DNA from: Planctomycetota bacterium
GTDB lineage: Bacteria; Planctomycetota; UBA1135
DNA: 44,389 nt
NCBI GenBank assembly: GCA_029941685.1
Contig: JAPYTC010000004.1
Coordinates: 1-44,389 of the forward strand
Direction: 5' to 3'
Shown: positions 1 to 9,871 of the stretch, one piece after another
Layout of the letters: each line of letters begins with the position of its first letter
Position numbering within the stretch: position 1 is the first letter of the stretch
Translations under genes and position numbers: made by a program
The notes under the pieces: generated by a model
What the model was told of the DNA's origin: nothing
Databases searched by the model: none
The model's input: the letters and a program-made list of their open reading frames with translations, nothing else

Positions 1-427
1 GCAACATACCGCCCGGCTTCAGCACCCGCCACGCCTCACTCAGAAAATCTATGGGCTCGGGGATGTGATGCAAAATCGAATTGGAAAATACGCTGTCAAA
101 AAAATCATCTTCGGCACCAATACCTTTAGCGTCGGCAAGTACAAATTCGACTTGTTCGCCATTCTCACACTCTTCTTGATGTTTGAGTGCAACCAACAAC
201 ATGTTCTTAGAAAGATCGAGCGCCACCACATCTACGTTTGGGCATTCGGTGACTAATTGCAAAGGGATGTGCCCCGGGCCACATCCAATATCAAGACACA
301 AGCCATTAACCCCAAGAGTTTTCAAGCGCGCGATGAACGAATCGTTCACCGAACTGTGGTCCATGGCGTCGTAGGTCGCGGCCTCTTCAGCAGTATCCAT
401 CACTTCGGGTTCAAGTACGCGTTGCAT
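1..427 (-). CDS. Class I SAM-dependent methyltransferase (3' end runs off the window; absent from the ORF track)
   Basis: Manual translation from ATG 427: MQRVLEPEVMDTAEEAATYDAMDH...CLDIGCGPG (motif I)...ALDLSKNML...FDSVFSNSILHH...RVLKPGG. Frame is open to the window edge. Confidence 0.9.
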   Translation of the reverse strand, partial: MQRVLEPEVMDTAEEAATYDAMDHSSVNDSFIARLKTLGVNGLCLDIGCGPGHIPLQLVTECPNVDVVALDLSKNMLLVALKHQEECENGEQVEFVLADAKGIGAEDDFFDSVFSNSILHHIPEPIDFLSEAWRVLKPGGML

Positions 428-461
428 AAGCATAGAATACTGTGGCCCAACATCTAGAACG

Positions 462-1172
462 ATGAAACTCATTACCATCTCGCGCCAACTCGCCGCCGCC
501 TGCGATCAACTCAGTTTTCCGCAACCGGTCACTCATGTTTACAATCCGCTGCAATACGCACGCACGCCGCACGAAAAATATTTACGTAAATACGGGCGCA
601 AGGAGCCGTCCGCGATTTTGTTGGGGATGAACCCTGGTCCTTGGGGCATGGCGCAAACTGGAGTACCCTTCGGCGAGATAGCAGCCGCCCGCGATTTTTT
701 AGACGTCGCCGGGCGCGTCAAACGACCTGCTGTGATTCACCCCAAACGCCCTATCGACGGTTTTGATTGCCAACGCAGCGAAATAAGTGGCCGACGCATG
801 TGGGGATGGGTTGCCGACCGCTTCGAATCGGCCGACGCCTTTGCCGATTACTATTATGTTTGCAATTACTGTCCATTGGTCTTCATGGAAGAAGGCGGGC
901 GCAATTTCACTCCTGACAAATTTAAAGCCGCCAAGCGCGACGAGTTGTTTGCGATCTGCGACGATTACTTACGCCAAACCGTTGATTACTTAAAGCCTGA
1001 ATGGGTAATCGGCATTGGTAAATTCGCCGAATCACGTGCCGCCAAGGCCTTGGTTGATTACGATGTAAAAATCGCTACTATCTTGCATCCTTCACCGGCC
1101 AGCCCCATGGCTAATCGCGGATGGCAACCGCACATCCAAAAGCAACTCACTGCACTCGACCTCCCTAATTAA
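462..1172 (+). CDS. SMUG1-type (family 3) uracil-DNA glycosylase
   Basis: Motifs GMNPGPWGMAQTGVPFG and HPSPASP; also VYNPL and SEISG. Confidence 0.93.
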   Translation: MKLITISRQLAAACDQLSFPQPVTHVYNPLQYARTPHEKYLRKYGRKEPSAILLGMNPGPWGMAQTGVPFGEIAAARDFLDVAGRVKRPAVIHPKRPIDGFDCQRSEISGRRMWGWVADRFESADAFADYYYVCNYCPLVFMEEGGRNFTPDKFKAAKRDELFAICDDYLRQTVDYLKPEWVIGIGKFAESRAAKALVDYDVKIATILHPSPASPMANRGWQPHIQKQLTALDLPN

Positions 1173-1946
1173 ATGCGCATTATTTCTTTAAACATGAATG
1201 GCATTCGTGCCGCCGACCGCAAAGGCTTTTACCCGTGGCTCGAACAGCAAGATGCCGATGTCGTGTGCTTGCAAGAAACGCGCATTCAGCAACACCAACT
1301 TACCGAGCAAATGCTCAAACCTAATGGTATGCACAGTTTTTTCCATTGTGCCAAGCGCCCCGGATATTCAGGGGTTGCCATTTACAGCAAACAAAAACCG
1401 ACCCGCGTGCATGTCGGACTAGATTGGGAGCCGTTCGATAATGAAGGCAGGATGCTGCGCGTCGACTTCGGCCAAACCACGGTAATTTCACTCTATTTAC
1501 CATCGGGTTCGTCAAAAGAATCGCGTCAAGAATTCAAATATAAATGCATGAGCAAGGTCAAGGCGTACATGGACAAAATCGCCAAAACGCGGCGCAAGGT
1601 AATCATGTGCGGCGACTGGAACATCGCGCACACCGAAAAAGACCTCAAAAATTGGCGTGGCAACAAAAAGAACTCGGGATTTTTACCGGAAGAGCGCGAA
1701 TGGATGACGTCCCTATTTGCTCAATCTACATGGGTTGATAACTTCAGAAGCGTATATCCGGACGAGGAAGGTGGCGGCTACACCTGGTGGTCAAACCGCG
1801 GTAACGCCTTTGCCAACAACACCGGGTGGCGGATTGATTACCAGATTTGCACTTCCAATATCGCAAAAAAAGCGCTTAAAACATGGGTTTTCAAGAATAA
1901 AAGATTCTCAGACCATGCCCCTTTAATTGCAGATTATGCGTTATAG
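1173..1946 (+). CDS. xth: Exodeoxyribonuclease III (AP endonuclease)
   Basis: NMNGIRA, CLQE, GYSGVA, GDWNIAH, YTWWS, GWRIDY and SDHAP motifs. Confidence 0.96.
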   Translation: MRIISLNMNGIRAADRKGFYPWLEQQDADVVCLQETRIQQHQLTEQMLKPNGMHSFFHCAKRPGYSGVAIYSKQKPTRVHVGLDWEPFDNEGRMLRVDFGQTTVISLYLPSGSSKESRQEFKYKCMSKVKAYMDKIAKTRRKVIMCGDWNIAHTEKDLKNWRGNKKNSGFLPEEREWMTSLFAQSTWVDNFRSVYPDEEGGGYTWWSNRGNAFANNTGWRIDYQICTSNIAKKALKTWVFKNKRFSDHAPLIADYAL

Positions 1947-1954
1947 TAAAAATA

Positions 1955-2902
1955 ATGAAACTCTCCCTTCCACTCATCTTTGTTCTCGCAGCATCACCTC
2001 TTGCCGCGCAGAATGTTCAATTTTCCGGGCAATTAGACCAGCCAAACAATGTTATTAGCTGGGGTGTCACTTCGAGCATTGGCACCATTAATGTTTCACC
2101 TAGTACTTTTAAAATGGGCGGAACAATGGACTTTTTGCTAGATTCTGCTAATAGCCCATTCCAATCCGGAACTTTGAACGGGTCCCTTATTTATACAAGC
2201 CCTTCGACTTTATATGGAGAAGTTCCGAATCCACTCCCTTTTCTCCCGCCTTTGGCTGAATTTGAAATAAAAAATCTAGAAATGTCGCTGTCAGCTCCAA
2301 CCTGCGCAGTTGATCCAAATACTGGTGACTTTACGGCGATTGCTACTGTAACTGTGACGAAAGGCATCTTTGAGATGACCGGGCTACTAGGGAATTCTAC
2401 TGAATCTTTAGCGGGCGTAACAGGTGTACCAACGTCAATAGCAGGCGTAGTAAGCCAAAATGGAAACATCATAAGCCTGTGGTCAGATCTGACAATGTCT
2501 CTTACATATAGCGACCCAGGATCAGGAATATCCGTGGTAGTTACTTTCGCAGGCGATGTTGAAGCGTTCGTCTTAGCTTCAGAGGCCAATAGTATGCACA
2601 TTGATGTTCCTTACGGCCTGACCCCTGGCGCGACGAGCGTAATTGAGTTCAGCAACGCTACCCCAAACAGCACTGTATTCCTAGCCGGTTCAGGCTCAGG
2701 CCGCGGTGTGTTCTCTGTGCCTTCTCTTGGCGTCGACCTCGGCATGCGTAACCCACGGCACGCTGCTACCGCCTCTGCCGACATGAACGGCAATGGTGGT
2801 TTTAGCTTATTCGCTCCTACAAGCATGTCTGGCATTTCAGTGTTGCTACAAGCTATTCAAAATGGCAAAGTTTCAAACGTTGCTGGCACTTACATCGAGT
2901 AA
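1955..2902 (+). CDS. Secreted beta-rich hypothetical protein
   Basis: Signal peptide ending LAA-Q; S/T/G-rich sequence; followed by a terminator. Confidence 0.8.
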   Translation: MKLSLPLIFVLAASPLAAQNVQFSGQLDQPNNVISWGVTSSIGTINVSPSTFKMGGTMDFLLDSANSPFQSGTLNGSLIYTSPSTLYGEVPNPLPFLPPLAEFEIKNLEMSLSAPTCAVDPNTGDFTAIATVTVTKGIFEMTGLLGNSTESLAGVTGVPTSIAGVVSQNGNIISLWSDLTMSLTYSDPGSGISVVVTFAGDVEAFVLASEANSMHIDVPYGLTPGATSVIEFSNATPNSTVFLAGSGSGRGVFSVPSLGVDLGMRNPRHAATASADMNGNGGFSLFAPTSMSGISVLLQAIQNGKVSNVAGTYIE

Positions 2903-2919
2903 CTCCTGTGCTTTGATTT

Positions 2920-2959
2920 AAGGCTCTGCCAACTAGTTTGGCAGAGCCTTCTTTCTTTT
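2920..2959 (+). terminator. Rho-independent terminator
   Basis: 13-bp perfect stem AAGGCTCTGCCAA/TTGGCAGAGCCTT with a 5-nt loop, then CTTTCTTTT. Confidence 0.88.
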
Positions 2960-2972
2960 GTAAAATACCTTA

Positions 2973-3944
2973 ATGTTGCTTTCCTTAGCCCTTGTCTTAA
3001 GCGCACAGATCACTCCGTACGACCATGTAATTTTAATTAGCATCGATGGCTTGCGGTCTGACGCCTTACTTAATGATCATGCGCAGTCATTCAATCATTT
3101 CCAACGATTAATGGGTGGCGCTTCCACCAGCAATGCTCGCACCGACTGCGACTCTACGGTTACGTTGCCGAACCATGTCGGAATGCTTACCTCAAGGCTG
3201 GTGAATGGTGTACAAGGTCATCAATATACAGCGAATCGGACACCCCCTATCGATACTGTCCTACGCAACGTTGACGGCGATACTATCGATAGTGTTTTTA
3301 CACGCACATCTGCCGCCGAAGTGCATTCTTCACTTATTGCATCAAAGGATAAATTTGTACTATTCAAGCAAAGCTATGGTGAGTTAATGAATGATTATTT
3401 CATCGATGCAAATGGTGACAAAGAAATGGCGCACCTGCTTAACGATTTGCAACTGCACGCCCAGCAACGCACATTCAATTTTTTACACTTCTTGCACCCA
3501 GATGTGGCCGGCCATGGCTACGGGTGGAATCTGTCACCCGACTCTAAGTACATGCAATCTATTGCCGCGGTTGACGCTTTACTTGGTGAGCTATTTGCTT
3601 ACCTCGACGCCAACCCTGATTACTCCAAGCGCACCGCGATTGTATTAACTGCCGACCACGGTGGCGGTGCGCCGTATCAAAACCATCACGGGATTGGTCA
3701 CCTATGGATCAACTATGTTATCCCGTTCATCGTTTGGACTGGTGATGGCAAAGCACAGGGTGACTTAATAGAAATCAACTCGGCAACACATCGCGATCCA
3801 GGAATTGATGATCCGCACCCAACTGCCGGACGACTTCCGGTTATCCGCAACGCTGATGCCGGAAATTTGTGCCTCTCATTATTAGGCCTGCCTGCTATAA
3901 AAAATTCGACGCGTAACGTTCAACAAGACATCTTGATTAACTAA
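2973..3944 (+). CDS. Alkaline phosphatase superfamily (nucleotide pyrophosphatase/phosphodiesterase-type) protein, probably exported
   Basis: ISIDGLR, TVTLPNH (Thr nucleophile), DVAGH and TADHGG motifs; short hydrophobic N-terminus. Confidence 0.88.
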   Translation: MLLSLALVLSAQITPYDHVILISIDGLRSDALLNDHAQSFNHFQRLMGGASTSNARTDCDSTVTLPNHVGMLTSRLVNGVQGHQYTANRTPPIDTVLRNVDGDTIDSVFTRTSAAEVHSSLIASKDKFVLFKQSYGELMNDYFIDANGDKEMAHLLNDLQLHAQQRTFNFLHFLHPDVAGHGYGWNLSPDSKYMQSIAAVDALLGELFAYLDANPDYSKRTAIVLTADHGGGAPYQNHHGIGHLWINYVIPFIVWTGDGKAQGDLIEINSATHRDPGIDDPHPTAGRLPVIRNADAGNLCLSLLGLPAIKNSTRNVQQDILIN

Positions 3945-5407
3945 TGAAAAAAGTTATTCTTGCTATCGATCAAGGGACAACATCCTCACGGGTGATTCTT
4001 TTCGGATTTGACGGCGAAGTACTTAAAACTTTTCAGCGCGAGTTCGCGTGTAGCTATCCCAAGAGTGGTTGGGTTGAGCAAGATGCCAACCTAATTTGGG
4101 ATGACGTTTTTGAGTTGTGTACGGCTGCAATTGCTTATGCTAAAAAAGAGTCCTACACAATAGAATCGATTGGCATCGCCAACCAACGTGAGACAATTGT
4201 TTTTTTCGACAAAACCACTCAACGTGCCTTGGCGCCTTCAATCGTCTGGCAAGACCGACGGACTGCTGATATCTGCGATAAGTTAAATCGATCCGGCTAT
4301 GCAGATCTTGTTAAACAGCGCACCGGGCTAGTAATCGATCCGTATTTTTCGGCAACCAAAATTGCTTGGGGTATTCAAAACGATGACCTTGTTCGCCAAG
4401 CGTTATCCGCTAACAATTTATACGTCGGCACCATTGACAGCTGGTTACTCTACAAGCTAAGTGGCGGGAAAATGCACGCCACTGATTCGTCTAATGCATC
4501 ACGGACTATGTTGTTTGATATCGTGAAGCATCGATGGTGCGATGAATTACTAAGCCTGTTTGAAGTGCCGCGCGAAATACTGCCACAAGTCATGAACTCG
4601 ATTGACGATTACGGTAGCACCGCAGAAGGTTTATTCGACCTTTGTTTGCCGATTAGGGCGCTTATCGGCGACCAACAAGCTGCCACTATCGGGCAAGGAT
4701 GCCTGCATAAAGGAGACAGTAAATGCACTTTAGGCACGGGTGCTTTTGCCATGCAAAACATCGGCGATAGCTTCTCACCTAACGACAACGGATGGTTGAC
4801 GACGATCCTTTATAGTCAAAATTCGAGTATCGTTTACGCAACTGAAGGCAGCGTTTTTTCAAGCGGCAGCACCATGCAATGGCTACGCGACTCGCTAGGC
4901 ATCATTGACCAGACCAAAGACAGCGAAAAAATCGCTGCCTCCATCAGCAATACGGGTGGAGTCTATTTGGTGCCCGCTTTTAGTGGCCTAGCCGCGCCTC
5001 ATTGGCAAGCAAATGCGCGGGCGATGCTCGTCGGCATCAGCGGCCAGACCACAAAAAAAGAAATTATCCGCGCTGCACTCGAAGCGGTTAGTTACCAATG
5101 TAATGATTTGTTTGCCGGAGCCACGCCTGATGAATTAAAGGTTGATGGTGGCATGGCAGCGAATGACTGGTTGTTACAGCATCTTGCCGACATTCTGCAA
5201 TGTCGTGTTGTACGACCTTCCAATCTCGAGGTAACAGCATGGGGTGCGGCACGCTGTGCGGCATCGAGTCAAGGTTCATCGATAGATAGCAGCGACGTTA
5301 CAATGAGTGGCGAACAATTCATCCCAACGATGAACCCTGACGAGCGCCAGCAATTATTAGAGGGATGGCACGCTGCAGTTAATAGCTGCATTCAACTCAA
5401 TGCATAA
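3944..5407 (+). CDS. glpK: Glycerol kinase
   Basis: AIDQGTTSSR, NQRET, WQDRRT, DPYFSATK, GDQQAA and VDGG motifs of FGGY-family glycerol kinases. Confidence 0.93.
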   Translation: MKKVILAIDQGTTSSRVILFGFDGEVLKTFQREFACSYPKSGWVEQDANLIWDDVFELCTAAIAYAKKESYTIESIGIANQRETIVFFDKTTQRALAPSIVWQDRRTADICDKLNRSGYADLVKQRTGLVIDPYFSATKIAWGIQNDDLVRQALSANNLYVGTIDSWLLYKLSGGKMHATDSSNASRTMLFDIVKHRWCDELLSLFEVPREILPQVMNSIDDYGSTAEGLFDLCLPIRALIGDQQAATIGQGCLHKGDSKCTLGTGAFAMQNIGDSFSPNDNGWLTTILYSQNSSIVYATEGSVFSSGSTMQWLRDSLGIIDQTKDSEKIAASISNTGGVYLVPAFSGLAAPHWQANARAMLVGISGQTTKKEIIRAALEAVSYQCNDLFAGATPDELKVDGGMAANDWLLQHLADILQCRVVRPSNLEVTAWGAARCAASSQGSSIDSSDVTMSGEQFIPTMNPDERQQLLEGWHAAVNSCIQLNA

Positions 5408-7463
5408 GTCAATCCGTCCGCGTAATGCGTTATTGACCGCTATCAAACGTATTTGGTGGCTGATGGCAACCCTGTTGTTCATCATGAGTGGCTTTCGCTT
5501 TATTTTCGCTATTCAGTTTGCACACCCCGAGGTATTCACCGATTTCGTCAAAAACTTGCCGCCAGCATTTGCTTTCGGCGTCTTGCACGATCTACGCATT
5601 CTATTACTAATATCCCTTCCAACGACTCTATCATTGCTATGGATGCGACAGCGTTCTGCAAAGCGTTGGAGTGTTTGGCTATCCCGCACTACGCTTTACT
5701 GGACGTTCATTATTTCGTTCATCTTCATCGCTCTTGGTGCCGACCAAATTTACTATTCATACTTCCAAAGTCACTTTAATATTTTGGCATTTGGTGCCAT
5801 CGAAGACGACATTAGTGCGGTAATGATTAGTGCCTGGAAGACATACCCGCTAGTTCTTTACTTATTTATGATACTCGGCACAATGTATCTCCTTTATCGC
5901 GTGATACGCCGTGCCTTTCGCATCGCCAACTTTCTGCACATCGAAAAACAACCCGATGTAAAGAAAGTTGAAGTCTCGTTCAATTGGCACTTCAGTTCGC
6001 ATTTAATATGCACAATTTTACTTTGCTCAATTTCGCTCACCCCAGCATTTGTCGAACTAAATAGAAATTACCCGCAATCTAATTTCGTGCGAACAGTCAG
6101 TGAAAGCGGTGTAGAGAAACTCGCTGAAACCGTCTGGAATCGCCTCCAAGAAGACGACCTCACTACGGCTAACAATTTTGGCTATCCTAACCCCGAAAGT
6201 GCCCTCAACATCTTGTTTCCAGGATCTACTCTCGAAGGCGACACTTTGTTTGGCAAGATTCCATCTCAATATTTCAAACCTGTAATCCAAAGCGAAAGTA
6301 AGCCACACGTAGTTTTAGTGGTCATGGAAAGCTTCGCCACACACCTGCTGCGTTTCCAAAATGACGACTTCGATATACTCGGCCGTGCAAAGCAGCATTT
6401 TGAAAACGGTGTCCACTTCAAGCGATTTTTACCTGCCGACAACATTTCTGCTGGGAGCATTCTTGGATTATTCACCAACTTACCCTACCGACCGAACACT
6501 AAGCAACTGTCTCAAGGCACTAGCCAAGGCGCAACCTTCTTGACATCGTCGGCTTCGTTGTTTGCGGCACAGGGTTACGACACTGCTTTTTATTATGGAG
6601 GTGAAACAAATTGGCGTAATCTTGACCAGTTCTTGCCAATACAAAACTACAAAGAGTTAGTCGGCCAGCAAGAAATTGCCGAGCGCTACCATCTCGATCT
6701 CGAGAAAGATGCCGCACCATGGGGAGTATGGGATGAACATTTGTTCCGAGCAGTCGCCGACCGTTTAAAAGAAGCACAACGACCGACATTCATGGTGGTG
6801 TTTACTACGACTAACCATCCGCCAAACCAACTGCCCCCTGATAACAATTTACCTAGCTTAAACCCGAGTGAACTTTTCTTGCAGCTTGCCACTTCCGATC
6901 ACAACCTAAGCTCCACCCAAAAGCAACAATTACTAACGTACCAATACTCCAACCATCAGCTTGGCATCTTTCTAGACGACCTAGAAGCGAGTGGCGTATT
7001 GGAGAACTCCGTGATTGGCATTACCGGCGATCACACTGCTGGCATGGGCATCCCGTTTGCACAAAGTGAATTGATATTAAAGCGCGCCGTTCCATTTGTA
7101 TTGTTAACGCCAACATCAATCAGCAACCAATACACCGCTGACCCACTGACCCCGGGCAGCCACAAAGATATCATCCCGACTTTATTTCACGCTGCTGGCC
7201 TTGCAGACAAAGGATACAAAGGGCTAGGCACAAGCATGCTCGACAACAGTATTTATCATTTTGGATGCAATGCTGATGGCTTCGTCATCCATAGTAGCGG
7301 CCTAGCCAATATCCGTAAAAAGGGCTTTGACAGCTATAAATGGGTGCCGGGCGAGACATTGATATCCACTGAATCAGACAGCGAAAATGCCGAAATAGCT
7401 GTAAATCGCTATAAGGCACTAGTTTCCCTTTGTGATTGGCTAATTTTTTCATTTTCTGAATAA
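5400..7463 (+). CDS. LTA synthase/phosphoglycerol transferase (LtaS/OpgB-like) membrane protein
   Basis: About 5 N-terminal TM helices, then a sulfatase-like domain with VVMESF, WGVWDE, TTTNHPP and TGDH. Confidence 0.85.
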   Translation: MHKSIRPRNALLTAIKRIWWLMATLLFIMSGFRFIFAIQFAHPEVFTDFVKNLPPAFAFGVLHDLRILLLISLPTTLSLLWMRQRSAKRWSVWLSRTTLYWTFIISFIFIALGADQIYYSYFQSHFNILAFGAIEDDISAVMISAWKTYPLVLYLFMILGTMYLLYRVIRRAFRIANFLHIEKQPDVKKVEVSFNWHFSSHLICTILLCSISLTPAFVELNRNYPQSNFVRTVSESGVEKLAETVWNRLQEDDLTTANNFGYPNPESALNILFPGSTLEGDTLFGKIPSQYFKPVIQSESKPHVVLVVMESFATHLLRFQNDDFDILGRAKQHFENGVHFKRFLPADNISAGSILGLFTNLPYRPNTKQLSQGTSQGATFLTSSASLFAAQGYDTAFYYGGETNWRNLDQFLPIQNYKELVGQQEIAERYHLDLEKDAAPWGVWDEHLFRAVADRLKEAQRPTFMVVFTTTNHPPNQLPPDNNLPSLNPSELFLQLATSDHNLSSTQKQQLLTYQYSNHQLGIFLDDLEASGVLENSVIGITGDHTAGMGIPFAQSELILKRAVPFVLLTPTSISNQYTADPLTPGSHKDIIPTLFHAAGLADKGYKGLGTSMLDNSIYHFGCNADGFVIHSSGLANIRKKGFDSYKWVPGETLISTESDSENAEIAVNRYKALVSLCDWLIFSFSE

Positions 7464-7515
7464 TTATTAGCATAATTGAGTTACCATAAGGCTATACCAG
7501 AAATAGGTAATACCA

Positions 7516-8550
7516 ATGAAACAAATACTAAGCATAACATTAGCTTTCGTCGGCATAGCTGTTTTCAGCTCTCCGGCATTTGGCGCGCTTCAATGATGAG
7601 GCGGCGGCGGCCCTCGCGGCGGCGCTGGTTACTCGGGTCCGGGTGACACATCAAATCCAGGAGGCGCAGGCCCTGCTGCTCCATCTACTCCTACCGGTGG
7701 CGGCGCTCCAGGCGCGCCTCCAACACCAGGTGGTGGCGCAGGTCCAATGACCCCCGCAGGTGGTGGCGCAGCAATGCCATTACCGCCGCACGGTCAAACG
7801 GCTAAAGATGTCATGAAGCTAAAGTGGGATTTTCCTACTCATAACATCTACAAGCGCGAAGAGGCCAAAGGTGCCAACGCAACTATTGCAACAAAAATAG
7901 AAGCTGCTCTTCCAGAGCAAGAAGCTTACTACACAATTGCAGGCGACGATCGCCGCCCGTTGCTAGTGCTTCGCGAATGTTTGTTATGTAACGGCACTGA
8001 TGACGCGTTACTTTCAAGTTATGAAAACAATGAAGCCGTCTTGATAGTTACTCGTTGGTTCCATTGCGTTAAGTTGCCTACAGACATTCTTAACGACGAG
8101 CATTCATTCCATACTTTGTTCGAGGGTGACCACCCGCCGCACTTATTCGTGTCGCGCTGGGATGGCAGTAATCCAATTGCATTGCGCGGAGATTTGTCTC
8201 GTAGCGAATTGTTGGGCAACATGTACGCAACCTTGAAGGCGGAATACAAAAAAGACGCAAAAAAGGCGGGCAAGGAAATAACTAAGCTCATGTATGTTTA
8301 CGACATGCTTGATGAAAAGATTCAACGTCTTGAAATCACAATCGACGACGAGCTAGAAAAACGTGGTCCTAAGTCTAAAAAGCTTAAGAAGTACCGCAGG
8401 CAGCTCGAAGACGCACAAAAAGCAATGGCAGCAGCTAAAGAAAAGGAAGCCGTGCTTTCTAACCTTCAGCTAAGGAACCCTGACGAAGCGCCAAACGCAC
8501 TAGAAGAACTTCTAGAGTCGCGCAAAAACGGCCTACCGGCTGGTCAGTAA
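7516..8550 (+). CDS. Secreted CxxC protein with a Gly/Pro linker; contains in-frame TGA-TGA at codons 27-28 (candidate Sec-Sec); the ORF track shows only 7747-8550
   Basis: ATG 7516 with AGGT 7 nt upstream encodes MKQILSITLAFVGIAVFSSPAFGALQ, then TGA TGA (7594-7599), then the open frame GGGGPRGGAGYSGPGDTSNPGG..., continuous with ORF 7747. ECLLC lies at about 7975-7989. The C-terminus looks coiled-coil. Confidence 0.7.
7628..7647 (+). promoter_or_regulatory. Candidate bacterial SECIS hairpin
   Basis: GTTACTCG-GGTC-CGGGTGAC: 8-bp stem with 2 GU pairs and a GGUC loop starting 36 nt after the second TGA. Confidence 0.5.
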
Positions 8551-8568
8551 ATTTATTACAATTAGGGA

Positions 8569-9807
8569 ATGACTCGTCACTCCCTAATTGTACGTCTCTC
8601 TCTTTCGTGCCTAGCATTAGTCCTATGCACTTCATTTGTTAGTGCACAAAAGAGTAAAGACGACGACAAAGACAATAAATATAAAGAAGACCCATACACC
8701 GAAAATGTCGAAGATGTATGGCGTGCTGCTGGCTACGAAGTCATGGGAGATTTTGCTTGGGCCGATGGCCATGGTTCTATCAACATCGAAGATGCAGTTG
8801 GCGAAGAGCACCTAATCTTCATCGAGACAAAGCACTTCAAAATTGGCTGCTGCTTGCCAAATTACAAGATTTCTCGCGAAGACAAGATCGAGAAGAAAAA
8901 AATTGAAGACGAACTCAATGAGCTGCGTGAGATCATCCCCAATATTCCTAGACGAGTAAAGGTACTCGACAAATGGTTACGCTTGCACCTATTTGCGATG
9001 CGCGCCGAAAAACTTTACGCAAACATCCAAAGCATTCTGCAGATTAGCGACGACGACTTCCCTACCGGGCCTGGCCAATTAAAAGATGGCAAGTATATGG
9101 GCGAAGGTCCTTATCTAGGCATGAAGTCTAAATTTACTCTTTTGTTCTTTGATAAAGAAAGTAGCATCGGTCGATACCGTACTGCTTTTATGGGACAAAC
9201 TGGTATTGTGCCTATTCGTCATTTGTTCCCGAATGATGACACTCTGCTATATGCATGTGCCGCGCAAAATGATGGTCTTGCTTCTGACACGACCATGCAC
9301 TGCGCGATGGTTTACGCAGTGACGCAAAATCTACTTAATGGTTTCCGCCATTACAGTCATGCGATGCCAGTTTGGTTGCCGTTAGGCCTCGCGCACTCGC
9401 TGGCGCGTGATATTGACCAAAAGCGGAATTACTTTACCGACAAACGCCTCTATGACTCAGAAGACAAGAATATCTGGAAATGGGACACCAAAACGCGCAA
9501 GCGGGTCGACTACGACATTGCAGTAACTTATGATGAAATGACCACGTGGAGAAATTCTTCCGCACTGGCTTACAATGACCACGTTATGGCTTGGGCGAAG
9601 GTTGACTACCTGTTAAATGAGCACCCTGACTGGGTTGCACAGTGGCTGTACCGCATGCAAGACAGCTATGCCGGAACACTTGCCCCCTCACCAGAGCAGC
9701 AAGCAACGCGCGATAAAGAACTCGTAGCAGAAATTTTTGTCTTCGACCAAGGTGATTTCGAATCGAATTGGCAAAAATGGGTTAAAAAGAATTATAAGAA
9801 AAAATAG
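8569..9807 (+). CDS. Secreted hypothetical protein
   Basis: Signal peptide ending VSA-Q; 412-aa ORF 18 nt after the previous gene, with AGGG just upstream. Confidence 0.8.
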   Translation: MTRHSLIVRLSLSCLALVLCTSFVSAQKSKDDDKDNKYKEDPYTENVEDVWRAAGYEVMGDFAWADGHGSINIEDAVGEEHLIFIETKHFKIGCCLPNYKISREDKIEKKKIEDELNELREIIPNIPRRVKVLDKWLRLHLFAMRAEKLYANIQSILQISDDDFPTGPGQLKDGKYMGEGPYLGMKSKFTLLFFDKESSIGRYRTAFMGQTGIVPIRHLFPNDDTLLYACAAQNDGLASDTTMHCAMVYAVTQNLLNGFRHYSHAMPVWLPLGLAHSLARDIDQKRNYFTDKRLYDSEDKNIWKWDTKTRKRVDYDIAVTYDEMTTWRNSSALAYNDHVMAWAKVDYLLNEHPDWVAQWLYRMQDSYAGTLAPSPEQQATRDKELVAEIFVFDQGDFESNWQKWVKKNYKKK

Positions 9808-9871
9808 CGGTTTTTACTTTAGTAAAAGGCTCTAGAGCCGCTGATGTGTGTGAGGAAATCCTCATCACATC

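Noticed and set aside
49-457. Short track ORFs at the window start
   Set aside because: They overlap the truncated minus-strand methyltransferase (427 to the window edge), which has clear motifs.
7600-7780. GC-rich GGC/CCA repeats as a DNA repeat or CRISPR array
   Set aside because: They are explained by Gly/Pro codons of a linker, and there is no repeat-spacer periodicity.
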